This document shows positions 59,801 to 64,000 of a stretch of DNA of 64,000 nt, one piece after another. Made by a program: the position numbers and the translations under genes. The DNA lies in contig CAZWIJ010000002.1 of the NCBI GenBank assembly GCA_964633865.1, forward strand, positions 64,628 through 128,627. The letters run 5' to 3'. Each line of letters begins with the position of its first letter. Position 1 is the first letter of the stretch. The notes under the pieces were generated by a model that was not told the origin of the DNA, made no database searches, and saw nothing but the letters and a program-made list of their open reading frames with translations. Origin of the DNA: an uncultured Candidatus Saccharibacteria bacterium (lineage in GTDB: Bacteria > Patescibacteriota > Minisyncoccia > SW-4-49-11).

Positions 59801-61526
59801 TATCTATATTAAACTCTCTTTCTACATCTTTATAACTACTTAAATCTGAATATTGACTTACATTTAAATATAATATACTAACAATATCATTATAATTATT
59901 AAGGTATTCTGTATTAAATAAATCATTTTCAGATATCAATTTTATTAAGTTTCTAATATCATTAAATATCCTTTCAGATCTTTCAAATCCGTTTCTATCA
60001 ATCTTTCTTTGGATAAATGAATTTATTTTTTCCTGATTTTCCTCTAAAAATTCTTTCTTATTCAATATTTGTTCTTTTTCTAAGAAGTTAAGAAATTTTA
60101 TGGAGATTTTAATATCAGAAGAAAAAAACATATCTACTATTTTTACATCTATACTAACTTTATTATTAGTATAAAATTCTTTAAAATCCACACCATAAAG
60201 TTGGCTCCATTCTTCAATCTTTTTATCTATATCTATATCTATATCTATAGGATTTATAAATATCTTATCAAAGTCAGAAAACATTGTTTGTATTTTTTCT
60301 TTGCTTAAATCTTGATTTTCATTCTGATAACCAATCTTCTCAAGAAATTTATTTTTATCCGTGGCTAAAAGATTATTGATTACATTTTCTATGTCTTCTT
60401 CTTTATATATTCTATTTAAATTAATATAATTTGTTATATCTTGAATAAGTTCTTCCATTGAAAAATCTTCTTTGTCGGGTAAATTTTTATAATTTTCCTC
60501 TATTTTATCTTTTAAATATGTTTTAAAATGTATGTTCTCAGTGTCATTATATATATTTTCTAAATTAATAAATTCTTTATCTTGAGTTAAAGTATTTTTA
60601 TATATCTTATTAAAAATATTTTCTGAATTAATTTCTTCTTCCATTTTTTTCAACTCTTCTTCTGAAGCAGGCATAATTTCACTTCTCTTCATCCTATCCA
60701 AGCCTGAATAATTTTCTATTATATCATTAGATAAGTGTATCTTGTCCAAAGTGTTATTTAATTTAACAAAATTTATTAAATCTTCTTGTATAGAATCTTT
60801 TGGCAAATCCATTTCATAGATTAAGCTAACTTTGATAGCCTCTAATTTTGAGATTTCAGTGTCTATTTTAATTTTTAAAAGTTCTCTATCTCTTGCTAAA
60901 TCTTTTGTATCCCACATATTTTCTTTTTCTATTGATGTTGGGTTTATTGATTTATAACTCTCTTCTATTTCTTCTATTTTTTTAATCATTAACAAAGCTA
61001 TATTTTGTACTTTTTCTTTAAATTCTTGGAATACTTTTATATTTTTTAAACTTTCTATTAAAGTATTTCTTTCTTCCCTACCTAAATTTGAGGTTGATTG
61101 AAAAAAATCCATACTCTTTTCTTTATCTATTCCTTTTAGAAAAAATAAATTATCTTTTAAATTATCGCTTTCTACTAAACTAGCATAATCTGATTCTTCA
61201 TTATTTTCTTTATCTAAATCCTTTAATTGTTCTTGTAAATCTTGATAGAAATCTATAATTTCTTGTGTAGATTTCTGTAAGTTTTCTATAGAAAATTCTA
61301 AAGATTTTTCTTTATCTTTATTGATTACTGTATTTTCGATTGCTTTTATTATTGGAGAGTTTTGCCTAAAATATTCCCAGATATTTTCTGGTGGTTTGAT
61401 TTTCTCACCTTCAAACTTATCTATTTCAATATTTTCTACTTTACTCTCCTTTTCTGATAAAGTCTCTTGTTTTTTTTCTAAAATTTCTTCCTCACTCCCT
61501 TGATTATAATTTCTAAATTTTTCCAT
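56814..61526 (-). CDS. Very large hypothetical protein (1570 aa) with internal repeats
   Basis: Uninterrupted ORF; four ~42-aa LxYWD..GY repeats; ordered-looking C-terminal domain (GGVCVSG...NPSSTYLY). Confidence 0.8.
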   Translation of the reverse strand: MEKFRNYNQGSEEEILEKKQETLSEKESKVENIEIDKFEGEKIKPPENIWEYFRQNSPIIKAIENTVINKDKEKSLEFSIENLQKSTQEIIDFYQDLQEQLKDLDKENNEESDYASLVESDNLKDNLFFLKGIDKEKSMDFFQSTSNLGREERNTLIESLKNIKVFQEFKEKVQNIALLMIKKIEEIEESYKSINPTSIEKENMWDTKDLARDRELLKIKIDTEISKLEAIKVSLIYEMDLPKDSIQEDLINFVKLNNTLDKIHLSNDIIENYSGLDRMKRSEIMPASEEELKKMEEEINSENIFNKIYKNTLTQDKEFINLENIYNDTENIHFKTYLKDKIEENYKNLPDKEDFSMEELIQDITNYINLNRIYKEEDIENVINNLLATDKNKFLEKIGYQNENQDLSKEKIQTMFSDFDKIFINPIDIDIDIDKKIEEWSQLYGVDFKEFYTNNKVSIDVKIVDMFFSSDIKISIKFLNFLEKEQILNKKEFLEENQEKINSFIQRKIDRNGFERSERIFNDIRNLIKLISENDLFNTEYLNNYNDIVSILYLNVSQYSDLSSYKDVEREFNIDKSSLSDEDINNIINNYIIYKGKTDNSLFRNIVDLKIDFQINDLKLEFPNEEIKEKFYLQVVESISYLNDHDGRRLIKELFNNGSLDLDEFKNKYKKELDIEISQIRSLRDIKNLEGIINNEDFSLIVEQRIQDALNEGTGNLESLYVILYNMEIIEKGYKVNFLRNNFDLMNSKLENMISQYNSSNLIQDLKYWDGVEEGYAKNFFEKNKEKIEERVKNRFLSGYNIRYIEEELDYWNSIKPGYNKEILQNNKEKISNNIKISLGENIYSLTDELDYWDNIEVGYREEFFQENTEEINEIIIKSYSEKGMKVYKLSEKIGFKEYNKENSFVVKLVKKHNGLEKELIKGYVECKEKGIIKEENYEDILELVNRIPVLNTIIVKEYLEAKSKQKETEYLDKITDTMDRMTSGGVKEEERNEEYFQDLLEYTYPNNAGSYGKYESVKTCQDRSQDLEGFKIKEKYPINIVDKSKLELREGREIDKENLGKIEKEREEIMREYNEGGIEKISQSLDKIIEEMIVKIGEENKLGIQVEKLISQEEKIYAAILYSRLNKEIKEEEIKKSILYYNFSHLDNIERYQENGEEGIEKDYEKIMGLSEFYKDTIKEAQNVIVDKGKQNPIFQEITENVYKENQERERIAREKQELGKLQIDKLGLNDKFIKDMRNILIKRRLNKDSTKEEKARIEEKYSEDRVREIISRYESLTGFLEEKVSNSSDSNTKTFYGRLKGQRNKTVEAFRQLTGEEQDLMTTHLGDINLKEVIALKISASDGIYDEELFNRLIEQSVTNLYKEENEIIETEVNKFIMVDYDPDGKKIEKKPKKLNGYINKDDLSSYARMVGGVCVSGCNPDKGEKNIWDMPNYFQLVLQNPENKRCVGLVLLHHFKDEDGQKILSASYNPSSTYLYSVDQESLFNELNNTLIDFAKDNDFDKIAISKNKHIRTNRTDTIFEKSMDKAINKYKEVNNEDGNYSFSNEKNFSHYPSNYKLDNMDIVWSK

Positions 61527-61640
61527 ATTTATAATAATTTATTTTTATAATTATATTATATCATATTCTTTTATATTAAATAAAGTTAAAAGACCCAAAT
61601 TATGTTTGGGTCTCCTATTTTTTAAGATATAAAATTGAAT

Positions 61641-62429
61641 CTATACCAATATATTTGTATTGTAGAACCTGTCAATATACTCTACAATTTTCAAATATAC
61701 CTCTTCACTATTACAGGCAATATGCTCCAAGTTAGTGTAGATGTAATTATCTGATTGTAAATTACAGACGATACCTCCAGCTTCTTCTACAAGTAAGCAT
61801 CCAGGAGCATAATCCCAAATTGCACCATATGGTTTTAATGCAATTCTACCCTCAATTTTACCAGTTGCAATCAAGATATAATCATAACCAGCACAGCTAT
61901 GTTTATAATCTATTCTTTGGGATAAATTGTCTACCAAGAAATGTGAAAAGTCTTTATTCCTTGTCTCAAAGATAAGACTAGACTGATCCCAAGTACGGCT
62001 ACTTACATAAATCCTTTTTACATTACAAAAAGTTCCATTATTTCTTACCGCCCAGTAGATGTCATCATTAATTACATCGTAAATCAATGCAAACTCAACT
62101 ATACCATTAATTATTAGAGATAGCATAGTTGTAAAATAAATTAATTTTCTCACAAAACTACTTGTCCCATCAATGGGATCACACAGCCAAAACATATCTG
62201 CAGATGTATCTCCTCCTAATTCTTCTCCCACAAAAGGAATACTAGGGAAAACCTTCTCAAGCTCTTGTTTAAGAAATATTTCTATATCCAAATCAATTTG
62301 AGTCTGAATATTAGAAGTATCTCCATTCTTAAAATTCAACTTCTCAACTCTACCAAAATACGGAAGAGATAACTGTCTCGTTGAATGTACTATTTCTAGC
62401 ACTCTCTGATATGATGCTTTTTCTAGCAT
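61641..62429 (-). CDS. Inositol monophosphatase family (SuhB-like)
   Basis: GEE, DPIDGT, WDYAPG..L..EAGG. Confidence 0.88.
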   Translation of the reverse strand: MLEKASYQRVLEIVHSTRQLSLPYFGRVEKLNFKNGDTSNIQTQIDLDIEIFLKQELEKVFPSIPFVGEELGGDTSADMFWLCDPIDGTSSFVRKLIYFTTMLSLIINGIVEFALIYDVINDDIYWAVRNNGTFCNVKRIYVSSRTWDQSSLIFETRNKDFSHFLVDNLSQRIDYKHSCAGYDYILIATGKIEGRIALKPYGAIWDYAPGCLLVEEAGGIVCNLQSDNYIYTNLEHIACNSEEVYLKIVEYIDRFYNTNILV

Positions 62430-62521
62430 ATTAAAAATTTCTTTTTTCTAAAGTACTTATCTATATTATCATAAATTTTTATTTCGACAAGATATATCTA
62501 CAAAATAAATTTGTTTCTTTA

Positions 62522-63913
62522 TCAACTATCATCATCTTGAATTTCTAATTCAATTAACCGATTTAATTCTACTGCATATTCCAAGGGAAGAGATTTTATC
62601 ACAGGTTCCGAGAATCCATTTATAATCATTCTTTTTGCTTGATCATTAGACAATCCCCTACTTTCCAAAAAAAACAATTCTGCCTCACCGAGTCTTCCAA
62701 CTTTAGCTTCATGAGTAATTTCAGTTTGATTGTTTTCAATTTTCATTGTAGGATATGTATTTGAAATAGCTCCATTATTGAGTAGGAGTGCATCACATTG
62801 CACAGAAATTACACTATTTATAGCTTTTGGTAAAACTCTCACAAGTCCTCTATAATTAGAAATTCCATTTGATTTAGAAATACTTTTTGATGAAATAGTA
62901 GAACTAGTATCAGGAGCGACATGTATTACTTTGGAGCCTGTATCTTGGATCTGATTTTTACCTGCAAATGCGATACCAAGACTATCTGACTTAGCTCCTT
63001 CCCCAACCAAAACACTACATGGATATAACATAGTAACCCCACTTCCCATATTCCCATTTAGCCATTGTATTGTTCCATTTTCTTCTACAATAGCTCTTTT
63101 AGTATTCAGATTATAAGTATTTTTAGACCAATTTTCTATACTAATATATTTTACCTTAGCATTTTTATGTACAAATATTTCTACACATCCAGCATGCAAA
63201 GCTGACTTCTCAAATCTAGGAGCACTACAACCTTCAATATATTCCAATTCAGACCCCTCATCCACAATAATCAAAGTATGCTCAAATTGACCTCCTGACT
63301 GCATATTCATACGGAAATAAGCTTGCAGGGGAAGTTCCACTGTAACATTTGGTGGAACATAAATAAAAGTACCTCCACTCCAAACAGCTCCATGAAGCAT
63401 TATAAACTTATGATCATTTATAGGAATACACTTTGTCATAAAATATTTCTTGACTAAATCTGGATATTTTTGTACAGCTGTATCCATATTTTCAAAAATA
63501 ACTCCTTTATCTTGCAAAGATTGTTTCAAATTATGATAAACAATATCTGAGTCATATTGAGCTCCTACTCCACCCAAAGCTTTATGTTCTGCCTCTGGGA
63601 TACCTAATTTCTGAAAAGTAGATTTTATTTCATCAGGTACTTCATCCCAATTATTGGTTTCTTCCGTATCTGGTCTAACAAAATATCTAATCTCATCTAA
63701 ATTTAAATTTGCAAGCGAAGGCCCCCAATCTGGTAAAGGTGTTTTTTGATAAAAATCAAATGCTTGCAATCTTTTCTTGAGCATCCATTCTGGTTCTTGT
63801 TTTTGTTTTGAAATTTCTATCACTAACTTTTTATTCAAACCAAATTGAGAAGTATATTTAGATTTACTAATATTTGGTTCATCATATATTTCTCTTAGAC
63901 TTTTTGGATTCAT
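62522..63913 (-). CDS. sufB: Fe-S cluster assembly protein SufB
   Basis: LGIPEAE, GAQYDS, PLQAYFR, GQFEHTLI, EGCSAP, LPLEYAVE. Confidence 0.93.
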   Translation of the reverse strand: MNPKSLREIYDEPNISKSKYTSQFGLNKKLVIEISKQKQEPEWMLKKRLQAFDFYQKTPLPDWGPSLANLNLDEIRYFVRPDTEETNNWDEVPDEIKSTFQKLGIPEAEHKALGGVGAQYDSDIVYHNLKQSLQDKGVIFENMDTAVQKYPDLVKKYFMTKCIPINDHKFIMLHGAVWSGGTFIYVPPNVTVELPLQAYFRMNMQSGGQFEHTLIIVDEGSELEYIEGCSAPRFEKSALHAGCVEIFVHKNAKVKYISIENWSKNTYNLNTKRAIVEENGTIQWLNGNMGSGVTMLYPCSVLVGEGAKSDSLGIAFAGKNQIQDTGSKVIHVAPDTSSTISSKSISKSNGISNYRGLVRVLPKAINSVISVQCDALLLNNGAISNTYPTMKIENNQTEITHEAKVGRLGEAELFFLESRGLSNDQAKRMIINGFSEPVIKSLPLEYAVELNRLIELEIQDDDS

Positions 63914-64000
63914 TATAATAATTTTCTTTAGTATAATTTATTAATATAATTTTATCATAAAACTTGTCTTTAACAAAAAAACACTTAGTCTCAACTAAGT

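Noticed and set aside
4302-61503. Short ORFs antisense to or nested in long genes (e.g. 5946, 8446, 19935, 45344, 57643, 58889)
   Set aside because: Shadow frames of well-supported CDSs; no motifs.

Overview
AT-rich bacterial chromosome segment using genetic code 11. It looks like a reduced Patescibacteria/CPR-type genome (inference): short ProRS without the insertion editing domain, AspRS without the GAD insert, split ABC transporter, many orphan ORFs, and few Shine-Dalgarno sites on core genes. Core genes are proS, hisS, aspS, dnaE, typA, ung, sufB, a PMM/PGM and tRNA-Asn. They are mixed with two restriction-modification loci, a DEAH helicase, a heliorhodopsin, a triplet of small kinases and many single-gene orphan units. 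Most notable observations: (1) a Type IIG/ISP-like R-M gene carrying two in-frame insertions built from GC-rich REP-like palindromes, one of which contains a DUF559/Vsr-like nuclease; (2) a recurring boxA-like motif (three copies read GTAAATGTWCTTTNACAA) between near-consensus sigma70 promoters and start codons of about 11 orphan/accessory genes, not seen upstream of the core genes; (3) three promoter-hairpin-terminator units without a convincing ORF (candidate sRNAs), each with an unpaired UCCC; (4) a ~250-nt leader with a uORF and mutually exclusive hairpins upstream of the kinase triplet; (5) a DnaA-box cluster at the left edge. All calls were made by eye from motifs; no database searches or folding programs were run.
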